Below are positions 1 to 12,383 of a stretch of 64,000 bases of DNA, in pieces. This stretch comes from Mytilus edulis (lineage: Eukaryota), in contig NC_092353.1 in NCBI RefSeq assembly GCF_963676685.1, forward strand, positions 29,574,001 through 29,638,000, written 5' to 3'. The number at the start of each line of letters is the position of its first letter. Position 1 is the stretch's first letter. The translations under genes were made by a program, and so were the position numbers. The notes beneath the pieces are model-generated. The model had not been told where the DNA came from, did not search any database, and saw only the letters and a program-made list of their open reading frames with translations.

Positions 1-446
1 CGTTTTTATGTGTTTTGTCATTTGATTTTGCCATGTGATTATGGACTATCCGATTAAATTTTCCTCTGAGTTCAGTATTTTTGTGATTTTCCTTTTTTTT
101 TAAACAGTTAAACTTTAACTTATCCATTTATTTATTTCCAATATATACAGATATGTAAGATTAACATCTCCAATCTTTCAAAATAGTTGTTTAAGTTTGG
201 TTAACTCAGAATAGCCATTTGAACAAACAGAAGTTATCAACTGTTATTTTGTTGAAGATCTAACCAAATAATTCACAGTTATTGAACACAAGATGCCTGG
301 TTTGACAATATCCAGTATTTAAAACGACAGTGAATGCTTCCGTAATACTTTTTTTTAGCATTGAAGTTCGTGTCATGAATGGTATTTCCTGTATCTGATG
401 AGTTTGGAAGTTAAAATGTGTGCAAAGCATAGTTATAACTAATATC

Positions 447-1300
447 ACCGGGAAAATGTGTTTGCTTTGGAGGATTGAAATATGTTTTTACTGGCAGTAA
501 ATCATTCATCTTTTCTCTAAAATCAAGTTTGAACAATTATTAATACTTTAATGCATTGCTTTCGTCGTAAATCAAATTGCATATTCGTAAACTGCCGTTA
601 TTTTTATAGTATATTATAATTGTTTAAACTTTTTACTTAATAATTTAGCCGGTAATTAAATGTACAAGTGAAAAACAGAAACGGTATTAAAGTTAAACAA
701 TTTGACGTAGAATTTGAATTAAGCTATAGTTAATACTTTCAGAGAAATGTCAGTTTAACGAATGCAACAACGTGATCTAATTAGCTAAATTACATAACAC
801 AGGTTGAAGATTAAGATAAGTTTCATTAAAAGCTTTCCTTTTGTCTGAACCAATAGTTGCTTTCAGTATAAAGAATTATTTGCCTAATTTACACATTTCT
901 GGTCAAAGCGTTGCACCATTATAGTAGTTTGTGCTTATCACTAATACGTATTTCTAACAAGACGAGAACATTACAGAAAACCCGCAAAACTTTATTGCGA
1001 TTTACGTTTACAAACATCAAATCCATTTTTTTACAGTCTGTGTTTGCCTTGATCATAAGCATAAAACTGTTTGATGGATTTTCTTTTCCAATTAAGACCG
1101 TGTACTAAAATGTAAACCTAAAGAAAGAAATAGCAAAATTTAGTATCGTTATAACCATTACCAAGGGCAGCTGACGTTTCTCAATTTGACCGATCAGAAA
1201 ACAAAAAACTATTATAAACTTTTTTCTATTAAGCCACATGGTTTCAAGATTAAAGCTATATAATGAATTTCCATTGTTTTCGAGGTTTTCCACATTTATT
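447..1300 (+). repeat. ~0.8-kb non-coding unit present four times (447-1300; 3742-4126 + 5253-5365; 44330-45260; 48265-49060)
   Basis: Shared blocks attaaatg.a..agtgaaaaacagaa, gaaatgtcagtt.aacg.at.ca.caac.t.atct and ataacacagg...agattaa.at.agtt. Confidence 0.85.
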
Positions 1301-4130
1301 TATTATACTTTTATCAAAGAATATTTAAATAATAGTTGTTTATGTTTTCATCTTGCATTTTACGTCTGTCGTAACAAAATAAAGTTATAAAAGGTTCTTG
1401 GTGATTTCTTTATAAAGATAAACATAAAGAAACACGACAAGGTAATGTTTAAAAGGTTGATTTATTAAAAGATAACAATGTCTTTGAAATGCTACATTAG
1501 AAGCCTTCCAATTTCTGTAGTCGGGGGATTTAGAATTGAACATATGGTACAGCTACATGCATTAATGTCTGTTGTATAGTGTAGCGAAAAGAAAGACAAA
1601 AATGCGTCGATATCAAATAAAATCCAAAACTGTCAATATCACGGCAAAAAAAAAAAATACAGGACGAACAATTCGACATAGTTAACAAAAACTGGAGGCG
1701 ACCGCCGGTGCTCCAGAAATTGTAATCAGTATCTTCCATACGGTGATAAAAATATCATTCGGGGATGCCACAATTAAGTTGAAAAGGATGGGATAATGGT
1801 TAAAACAAATCGAAGTTATCCCGGATTATTTGAGTGATTAAACTTGTGATGGCGTCCGTTATATTTTTAGAAGGTATGAGTTAACTTCACAAATTGGAAT
1901 ACATTCTGTGGAAAATCGTACTAATTATTCTTTCATAGTTTGCATCTTTCTTATTTTCCAATAGAAATCTATGCTTTTTCTGCACTTACAATACAGTACA
2001 AAAAGATGACTGTATTCTTGATATATTTATTCATTTGTTTTATATTTAACCGTTTAATCGTATAATTGACTACTCTCTGCTATTTATAAATGGACTTAAT
2101 AATATTTCTAGATCATTGTTTTACTTGTCTGTTATTACTTCTTTTTCTTCTGCAGAGATTCAGAATTTATTAACAATTAATTACTAATCTAGCATATATC
2201 ACATATAGATGTATGGTCATAAATTACAACGGGACATGTGATGACCTGCCATTTGATGAAAATATTTTGACAATATTTGTAGTTTGTTCTCATTAGCTCG
2301 TTTTCAATCTGTAATATGATTTTCATGATGACAAATAAACAAAAACATCAGACAAGCACATTGATTTATAGGACGAAGATGTTCCATATTTCTTTGTATT
2401 ATCATTCCTTTTGATTTATAGCAGTGATTAATGGAATTTTTTTTAAAGGTCATTAGGGGTTAAAAACTAAAACATAAAGTCACCTTAGACTTAACAATCG
2501 TAGGCTCTGTCAACCTTTTTATTTATGAAAATGACATACAAATTGCAAGTTGTTGTCATACCAATGGTTTAACGGCAAAGAGTTATGAAATTGTTGAACC
2601 ACTCAGCTTAATTTTGAAAAAAATCGTCTTACCACTTAACTGTTGAATACAATTACGAAACATAAATGGTTTCCATCACTTGCAATATCTCAACATGATG
2701 AAAAGACTGCATCAGATTTATTTGTACGGACTAGAAAATTATACAAGACCTCAACCATACGCATATCTTGCATTCATAACATTTTGTTTGAATTATAGGA
2801 ATCGTGTATCACATTTATCCAACAGAAAGCCTCTTAAAACCTTCAAAGAAGAACAACAAAATAAAGTATACAAATAAAGGCAACAGTAGTAACCGCTCTT
2901 CAATTGTCATAAATCGCTTAAGCGAAACGCAAAACCAGTCACAAACCAAAACCACCTTTATGATGAAACAAAAAGAACAACAGAAACACTAAATTGCTAC
3001 CCAAAAAAATGTCAACATACATAGAAACGGACTAATTTATAACAACTGCCAAGTTCCTGACTCAGTAAAGGACATGTTAATGAAAACAAATGAATGGTTG
3101 AACCTGGTTTTATTTCTAGCCAAACCTTCCGCTTATACGAAAATTCTTAACATTCATATTTAATTTGTATTCAACGGTGATAACTCTTATAAACATAAAT
3201 CATAGAAGTATTACTGTAAACAGACTAAATGAAGTTCCCAAGTAAGACAGGAAGTAATATAAGCTAAATGTACGTATTTTATCAATGTACTTATCCAATA
3301 AGTGCTTGACTTACGATGCCTTCCGAACATGAATTACAGCCAAAAAGAAAACCTTTATTTTATTATTTTTTTTTGTTTTTGTGAAGCTATCATCATCATG
3401 TTGGTCATATTCGTACTAGTATATGTTTTTCCTTAAAAAAAATACCTTCAATTGTATAGCCCTCGAATTTTTTGTTGAATCAAGGACATGCACAAGAGAC
3501 GCACCAACGTCATAAAGGGTTATTTCTATTTGAGATCTACAAAAGTATTTGAAAAGTACACAGTTATTGAACACGTGAGGCATGATTCTTGAAATATATA
3601 GTATTATACGTGACAGTAACAGATTAGTTATAATTTTCTCTAAATCAGCGATGAAGTTAATGTCATGCATGTTAATACCAATATCTGATGAGCTATAGGT
3701 AAAATTAAGCTCAGGTTTTGCATAGTTCATACTATTAACATGAGGAAAGGTTTTTGCTTCGAATATGTGTGGGAGATGTTTTAGCTAGAAGTCGATAATT
3801 AGTCTATTCTCTAAATTAAATCGGAAGTTTGAAGACAGCGCAAATTACCACTATGTTTTGTGAAATAGCATCATAATTTAACCTTTTGACGTACTAGAAA
3901 TTTCAATCAGGAAATTATCTAAATAGCATGGCTCGTGATTAAATGCATGAGTGAAAAACAGAATTTACACCAACGAAAACAATTTACAGTAGGATTTCAA
4001 GTTTAGCTATTGTAAGTGCCTTCAGTGAAATGTCAGTTCAACGAATTCAGCAACGTAATCTTATTACCTCTATTGCATAACACAGGTAGCAGATTAAAAT
4101 CAGTTGCTATAAAATCATACCTAGTTTTAA

Positions 4131-5248
4131 GGTTACAATAAACCATTTGATGTTATGGGCGCAGCCATTTTATGAGCATAACATGGTCTTCAGAATTAAG
4201 AGTATGGCTTATCCTGATTGGTCGATATGTGCGCCCGTTATTTTTTATTATAAGAGACTTCGTGCACTCTGCTTTATACAAAAGGCAAAATAAATTATTT
4301 TCCTTAACCCCTACGGAACTGACTTGACTTTTCAACGCTAGAACGAGACACGTATGTTTAAGTGCAAATTTGATAGGCATTTGATAAGCATAAGTACACA
4401 TTACGCTAAGAAAGGCAACGCGAACCTAAATTTTTTTTCGACCAATCAATACTGTCCCAATAACTTTTCTTTTAATTCTAGCAAGGTTTCGTTAAAAAAA
4501 ATCACTTTCTAAAGTTTGTATCTCGAAAAAGGCTACCATTGTCACCGTGAAAAACGCCACATGCGGGGTGTCGGCTATGTTTGACACGGTATTATGATAT
4601 GACATTAAAAGTTGAATGTACTTCATTTTGCCTTCATTCAGGCAAAATGAAGTAACTTCAGTTTGTAATGTCTTATCATAATATAACTTAGATGTGTTTG
4701 AACTAAAAAGTATCAGATAAAGACCGATTTATATGCAAATCTATTCCATTTTTATTAAAAGCCTCTACCCCTTGAGATACAAAAGCTGACACCCCGAGCG
4801 ACACTTCATATTTTGATGAAAAAACTAGTTCTAAAACCAATTAGTTTCAAGTAAGAAGCTGGTATTCGGTTAAATTCCATGATAGGAATTCAATTCTATA
4901 TAAATGATACGAGAGGAAGTGGTCTAAAGTAGTTTTTTATCCCGAAATTTGCATATGAAGCCTCCAAATCTGCAACACGGAAAACTAGGGAGAGGTGTTT
5001 GAGGAAACAGAGCACTGAAAACGACTGCTTATGCTTGCAAGAAATACATTATGTTTCAGTTCATTCAGTGCAATACATTATACGGTACTAAGAATTCTAA
5101 AAAAAAAAAATTTTGATACTTTAACTTTCTTTGATAGTTTTTCCCGGCTTCGAAATTACCACCCGGTGTCAAACATAACAGACACCCCGCATGTGGCGTT
5201 CAACACGGTGATTGTCGCCTATGAGAAAATTAATTGTTTATTTCAAAC
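4131..5248. mobile_element. TTAA-flanked non-autonomous DNA element with imperfect terminal and internal inverted repeats
   Basis: TTAA at 4127-4130 and 5249-5252; termini ggttacaataaac / gtttatttcaaac. Removing it and one TTAA restores collinearity with the paralog at ~48681-48703. Confidence 0.8.
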
Positions 5249-8226
5249 TTAACAAACTATTGTTTTCAATATAACGAATAATCTATCCGATTTAGATATT
5301 TCTGTTCGTAAAAGTATAACATCGAAGTTCCTTGTGCGTGCGATTGATATGTATGTCTAACAAAATACGCTTCCGTACTAAAGTAATGTATATGCCGCTG
5401 ATTTGTAAAAAAAACTATATGATGTTTTCTTTCAGTTCCCTTTTTTTTTGCTCTTCACAATAACTTTCTAGAGAGGTGTCATGTGGGACCAAACAGATAC
5501 TACCACTATATATAATTTTGTTTACAATATAAAAAAAAACAATATTAGCAGTTAAAAGAGAAACTAACAAAAGCAGCCTGTGATTTTGATAATACATTGT
5601 TATTCATGCTTTAACAGGCTTCGTGTTGCTCATTCCTTATATTTCTTTATTATAATCTGTATATTATTGTTTGTCTTTTGGTCCTATTCTGGTTTTTTTC
5701 ATAGCTTAATGAGTTTAAAAATTCCTTTCATATTTTTCGCCTCTTTTTTACCAAACTTTTCAAATCTAACAAAACATAATATAAATAGTTCATGTCAACT
5801 AGACAGCCATGTAGAATTTGAAGTAACAAATTATAATATATTCTAACGAATCAGTTAAAATTCAGTTTGTGGAATGGTTTCATATAGTTCTTTTTTTCAT
5901 AGTTACTTTCTTTTAATGTAAATGGTTATAATGCAAATCGTTAAGTTGGAATTGGTAAACATTACGGTTAATGAGGTAAATAAAGATTAATTGCTTCAAA
6001 TGATGTCAAACGTTCTATAACAGTACAATGAAAACATCTCAATCATTTGAATGAATTTCAAACCCACACTTGACATCTCTGATTAAATTTTTGATCCATC
6101 ATAACTACTCTCTTTCCCTTAAACCGTGGGTTTTCCCTTTAAAATTTGAGTAAGATCCCCATATTATCTTATTTAATAGATTAAATATCAAATTAGGTCG
6201 ATGCTATTAATCTGGGTGAAAAACACAACAAAAGTTGTTTACTGAAGGGGCTTAATGAAAATGTCAGAGAACTCCCATGCAGTATTATCTGACAAACTGG
6301 TAAATATTGACAGACAGATAAATATTGACAAGATGCTAAATTAAATTGTGCAAAATCACTAAAATAATGACATATTGGATAATTGTCAACCACTATATGT
6401 TTTATGTTTGCTAATGTTTGCTCAACAGATGCAGTCCCGCTGTTTTGCATCCAATCAACGGAAAATACTTTGATGAGTTTAAAATAGTTCTTAATATGTC
6501 GAATAACCTTTGAGGAATGGGTATATTTAGAAAATACGTGTTAATACAGTTTCATCATGCCTATTATATTCTGTTATATTCTAAATAAGAACACAACTTA
6601 TAACTATATGTCAGTGACATCCTATCGTTTTAAATTGTTTCCCATTGCTGAAGTCTTTTTTTAACTTAAAATTATCGGTCAAACTAGTATACAGTACAAT
6701 TTAAATACATAGAAGTAATAGCATGAAACTAAAAGTAAAACGTTTTTTCTTTGAAACATGATTCGCTGTGCTTTAATTCATCTAATATTCAAAAATTCAC
6801 TACTCAAGTAACTAACTTTCATAATAATTTGATTTATGACAATGTTAATTATGTTGATAGATAGATTTATTTATTCTTAACTTTATAATATCAAGTTGCA
6901 TATCTTTTAATTGAGAAATATTAACCTCACGTGTACGATACGACAAAATGTTTTCAAAATTGTAAAAACTTCATGTCAACTAACCTTTCCTGATCACGTA
7001 AGGAAAACATATTTGCTTACTAAAAACAAATTAAAACCGTTATATAATGGTCATATCGCGAAACTTTTATGCATTTTTCAATCAAACAGATCAAATTTAT
7101 CTAAGAATTTGTTTTTATGCGCTCTCGGTAATTAAAGTGTTTCTTCACGAAGATTTGTCGCTGTAAAAACCAGATATACTCGCACGACATGTACTGAATC
7201 TTATCATTGAATGTTCCTCCAACTTTTCTTAATTGTTTTGGTTTTACTTTCTATTCTGAGTTATTGAATTTGTCGTTCGGGTAGGCATCCACGACATTTC
7301 ACTGAGCATGCTTTAAGACATTTGAGACGCAAATTTTTTTCTCCAGAATAAGCATGATCAAAAACTTTCCAGCTGCATCCTTAGAAAAAAGTGACAAAGT
7401 TTCATTCCATGATACAAAACTTTACACACGAGACTTTGCTTAATCGAAAGCATTGAATCAGTTGTTCTTACAACGTATGGTTCCAACGATTTTTTTTACG
7501 TTAACGCATAATTACTTTAAGATTTTATATCGTTATAAAACAAAGTAAGGAATTGAAAAACAGCTGTTGTTTAGTATCAATTTTTAGCAAATGGCAACAA
7601 CATCCTAACAAATTTCAAGTCTAGATAATGTTGACTTAGGAAAATATCATATATATATATATATTTTTAAACGTAATTTGTTTTAAAAGACTTTTGTTTG
7701 GATAAACCTTTGATCTTTTCTATAAACTTCCTTCACAGGAAGACAATTTATCAACTGATAAGGATCGTTTGGGACAGTTATATGGCTTTTTGTTTGTGTG
7801 TGTAATTTTGCGGAATTACCCATTTCTCACTTAATTCTTAGTAACTAAAGCATGCATTACAATTATCAACTAAAGCATCATCTCGTTTCCGTATTGTCGT
7901 TTTTACGATTCCAGATTTTTCATTTCGCATTACTTAATTTTCGTTTTAATGGAATAGCCAAAAGATCTGCTCAATAGATATATATCATCTAGACAAGGTA
8001 CCATTACGATGTCCTGCTATCACTTAATATACAAAAGAATATCATCGTAAATATCATGTAAGAGCTGACGTTTTACTTAATTTTTTGCGTAAAATAGGAA
8101 TTATGTGTCAGCAATTTTTATGTTATTTCTCTAGCTGTCTCATTATTCTTAGCTGTTGATATAAGAATTCGCATTGCAACAGACCTTAAATGACAAATAT
8201 TAAGACTATCAATGTAACAAGTGATG

Positions 8227-8343
8227 TTCACTTAGTTTAACTCAGACATCTGGTTAAACATAAAAAAAAAATTGCAAAGATCTGCTTTTCACTTAGTTTA
8301 ACTCAGACATCTAGTTTAACATAAAAAAAAAATGCAAAGATCT
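8227..8343 (+). repeat. Two-copy 61-bp tandem duplication (single copy in paralog at ~56876-56925)
   Basis: ttcacttagtttaactcagacatct...aacataaaaaaaaa..tgcaaagatct repeated. Confidence 0.9.
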
Positions 8344-8731
8344 CGTTACAGTTAACAAACCATATCTCAACGCAAAGACTATGGGTCAAATTTGGTAATG
8401 AGGAAATTTGACAAAATAAACCAGAAAACAAGCATAGGTTTATCGGCAGTCATTTGTGGGAAGGAAACGAACTGCAAGATAAATTCAAAACTGAAAGTCC
8501 CTTATTCTAAAGTCAAAATAAAAAGCTAAAACACATCAAACGAATGGAAAAAAAACTGTCATAGTCCTGACTTTCTACAGGAATTTAGTGATGCAGAAAA
8601 TGTGGATCAAACCTGAGTATATATCAAGGTAAATTTCTTAATTGTATAACAAATGGCTGTTTAAAAACTTCCGACGACAACAGTAAAGGTTTTGGAGAAA
8701 TTGTATCAGCAACTTTGGTATATTCCTTTAA

Positions 8732-9012
8732 CGTTGAGTCGTTTGTGTTTTCTCTTATTTTTGAGAAATTGAGATAAGACGTGACACGGTACTTGTCTAT
8801 CCCAAATTCATGTATTTAGTTTTCATGTTATATTTGTTATTCTCGTGGTGTTTTGTCTGATGCTTGGTCCGTTTCTGTGTGTGTTACGTTTCGGTGTTAT
8901 GTCGTTGTTCTCCTCTTATATTTAATGCGTTTCCCTCGGTTTTAGTTTGTTACCCCGATTTTGTTTTTTGTACATGGATTTATGAGTTTTGAACAGCGGT
9001 ATACTACTGTTG
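8732..9012 (+). mobile_element. 5'-truncated short retroelement (family D) specific to duplication copy 1
   Basis: Flanked by CCTTTAA at 8725-8731 and 9013-9019; empty site at ~57525 (actcctttaaaatatatt). A related older element lies at 2875-3140. Confidence 0.8.
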
Positions 9013-11849
9013 CCTTTAAAATATATTATGATAGACATTTCTTGGCTCCGAAATGTATGTTACAAAATGTATTGAATATTATAAATTCGTCATATTACCA
9101 GATTGCAAAAATTACATAACAGGCCTATGTACATGACATTCACTAATCAAGTATAATATCCATACTATCTCAAACGGTAAACACTATTCAGGTTAACGTG
9201 TGCTGGCGTTCTGATATGAAGGTTCTTTCATCGTTACAGGAAATAGTCAACAAGACAATTATGTGTAAGGTAGTTCTATTACATAGAATATTTAAAGCTA
9301 CAATAAATCTTACTGCATCTTATTTGTTTGCGCATATAGCTTTTATGTTTCTTTATATAGCTAATTACATCTATTCTTGAAGAAAATAGAAAACTTTATG
9401 GACACTTATAACAAATGCAACGTTATGATCAGGAATATTTGTTATCAGTCAAAACATAGACACTATAATCACACCGATATAACGGTTACTTCTCTAAATA
9501 GCAAATATATTGTTTCTGTTTCAATTAGCAATTTAAACTACAAAAAACTTACCTTACATGCAACATTTAAAATGATATGTCAATAATCTCAGCATCCCTT
9601 GAAGAGCAGCAATCTGTTTCAAAATGACGAAGGCATGTCATTAGAATAATTAGCCATTATATTCAACGTCAATTATTAACACTCCTAATTCTAAGTTGTA
9701 AGACGGACAACAACATGTGTTGAATGAAATCCCTCAATTTGAAAATGCTTCTCGTCTACCAATGTTGGTAATTTGATTGATTTAGTCTGATCTGATCAGT
9801 CAAAACATTCCCATCGACTTCTTCTGTAATCTGATACTATTTCACAGGAATCCTAAATAGACTGAAAGATGTACGTTTGCCACTAAGTTATTCTCAGGTA
9901 AATGGTATAATCAATCGCCTGAAAATATTGAATCATTAAATCTTTTATTTACAAGATTTTAAAAATCATAAAAAAGTATGGTGTCATCGTGCTTTGGTGG
10001 TATACTCTTCATTCAAGAAGAAATGATTTACTTCTTTGTGACTTCTTTGTGTTCTTTATTCGTGTATACGTTTCTGATATCTTAATTTTGATCATTGTAA
10101 AGCTTACTGTATCAAAGATTAAGAAAAAATACAAACTTAATGGTAATCAATTGTCTGTTAGATTTAAGGGGTTTATTAAATCTATATTTCAATTGTTTTC
10201 ATAAAAAGTATTGTTAGCTGTATTCAATACACTTGAATTACAAAAAAACAAAAAAAAACTTAAAGATTATTGTATTTGTGGGGAGGAAAAACGCCTTATA
10301 GATAAGCTATTCTATTGAATTTCAAATTCGATCTTAAACCTAAAGCATAGTAAGATTTTGTCGACAATTTTACCTCACCAAATAGGCATGTCAACAATTA
10401 ATGTCTCTTTATTGATGCTCGTGGACAAAATAATTGAAAATAAAAATAGTATTACGAACTTTGAAGATCTGATATGACATCAAGGGATCAGAAAGATAGC
10501 CAAACCCAAACAAAAAAGGAACCAGACCTAAACATGAGGGAGATATGTCCCTTAATTGAAAATGTCTCTTTAAAGATTTAGAACAGCAATAAACATCACA
10601 AAACATACATCAATTTGAGATTTCAACATATATTTCATTACGATACAAACATAGATATCGGTTTCCTCATCCCCTGATATAGCTGTATTTTTTATCTTGT
10701 TTACATAATAGTCGAATGATGTTCAATAATTCTGTCAATACTCACCATTATATCGTGTAGGATAACTAGACACGGAAAGACAATGATAAATACCAATGTT
10801 TCTCTACGAATTAATTTGAGAAGTATCAGTTACAGCAACATTCTTATAATTTGTCTGTGTTTTGACAAAGGAAGAAACGAATCAAATATATTCTGTCTGA
10901 GTTAAATTTATATGCAAAAACTTGTTTCCTGGTGTCAACTGATACTACTGCTATGATGTATTTAAAATAGAAGGAAAATATTTGTTATCCATAATCAACG
11001 TCTTTATGTAAAAATTTTGTATTTAGCACGAAAATAGTATCCTAAGTTGAAGACATTAAGTTTTGTATTTTGTATAGTGAATATTTAACACAACATTATT
11101 TTCAGAATCAAGGTCAATTTTGAATCTAATCTTGTATGATAGGAATCTCAAAATATCCAATATTTTGACTATAGCATAAAACCGAACAGAAAATCTAAAA
11201 GGCTTCATACGCCATTTTCATCCATGGAAGACAATGTTTACTTTTTTTACTGCAGGGTTTTCTTACATAAAGCGCTTTGAGAAATCAGACAATAAGTGCA
11301 CTAAGCACATTTTGTAAATGGTAACTTTGGATGGTAGACATTTTTTTTATTATTGTTTGAGATAATTTGGACCTTAGCACTTGTTTATTTAAATGAAATC
11401 AACCAGGACTATTTATCCATATACCCACGTTCTAACGTAAACATACTATTGATTGGTAGATCGAACGCTCGAATACCATTAACAACGATTGAACTGAATA
11501 TCTGTCGATGGAACGATTTATTTTTTGTTAAATTCTATGCCAAAACAAAATATTTAAATCATAAAAGATAAAAGTGGTAAATTATAGTACTATCCCTGTA
11601 GTATACTGGGAGGTCGTAACAAGTTGTAAATTTTATCATGTTATGTCTTCTCAAACCAAAAGAAGGGGACAATGCAGATTCCTTAAATCCAGCCTATATA
11701 AAATGTTTTAAGTTATGTCGTAAATCTTTAGAGAAATTGTCAATATGACACAAACTTATGTCATAATAGAAGATACTATTCAATTACGACACCATTTAGT
11801 ATTGTATTATAACGAAAATAATATGCATGTTTATGAGATATTTTCCTTG

Positions 11850-12140
11850 TGTCGAAACCACACATTCGCCTCCTTTTCTGAAATGTGACCTACCAAATTA
11901 GACTTATTACTGGCTTTGTACTAGCATGAGCAACACAACGAGTGTTACATATGTAGCAGGATCTGCTTATCCTTCCGTAGCACGTGAAACCACAGTTTTA
12001 TGTTGGGTTCGTGTTGCTCAGTGTTTATATTTCTATGTTATGTTTTGTGTCTGTTGACCTTTTTAATATCCAGACCGTTGTCATCATATTTTCGATATAT
12101 AAGTTTGATTGACCATTTTGTATCGGTTGCCTCTCTTCTA
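11850..12140 (+). mobile_element. Degenerate PLE 3'-UTR remnant (also 61380-61680; similar remnants 1640-1900 and 45570-45800 on minus)
   Basis: Matches the PLE 3' UTR (tgtgacctacc..., agcaggatctgcttatccttccg, gggttcgtgttgctc). Present in both duplication copies, so it predates the duplication. Confidence 0.75.
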
Positions 12141-12299
12141 TGATATATATCAGTCAATTATCGATTTAGATGATTGAAAAACAATGTTATCTGCTGCGCA
12201 TTTGATCATTTTGGGAATTGGAAAAAATAGAATCCAATAATATCATATTCGACATTGACATATATTTTGAAGATCAAATGAAAAGATTACAATACCAAA

Positions 12300-12383
12300 T
12301 ATAAAGGAAGTGTCTCTTAAATCCTCAATTACAATTCATCTGAGAAGAGTACTAATAAAACAGAATTGGTTTTTAGCGTAAGA
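12300..12383 (+). promoter_or_regulatory. Candidate TATA core promoter plus short non-coding first exon and donor (paralog 61841-61926)
   Basis: TATAAA at 12300 followed by GGAAGT, Inr-like TCAATT ~25-30 nt downstream, and donor C|GTAAGA at 12378. All retained with the same spacing in copy 2. Confidence 0.4.

Noticed and set aside
6193-6450. ORF pair MQNSGTASVEQTL... / MHNSGTASVEQTL... (50361-50651) as a conserved gene
   Set aside because: Similarity follows from the duplication. A 1-nt indel shifts the frame between copies, and there is no domain or splice support.
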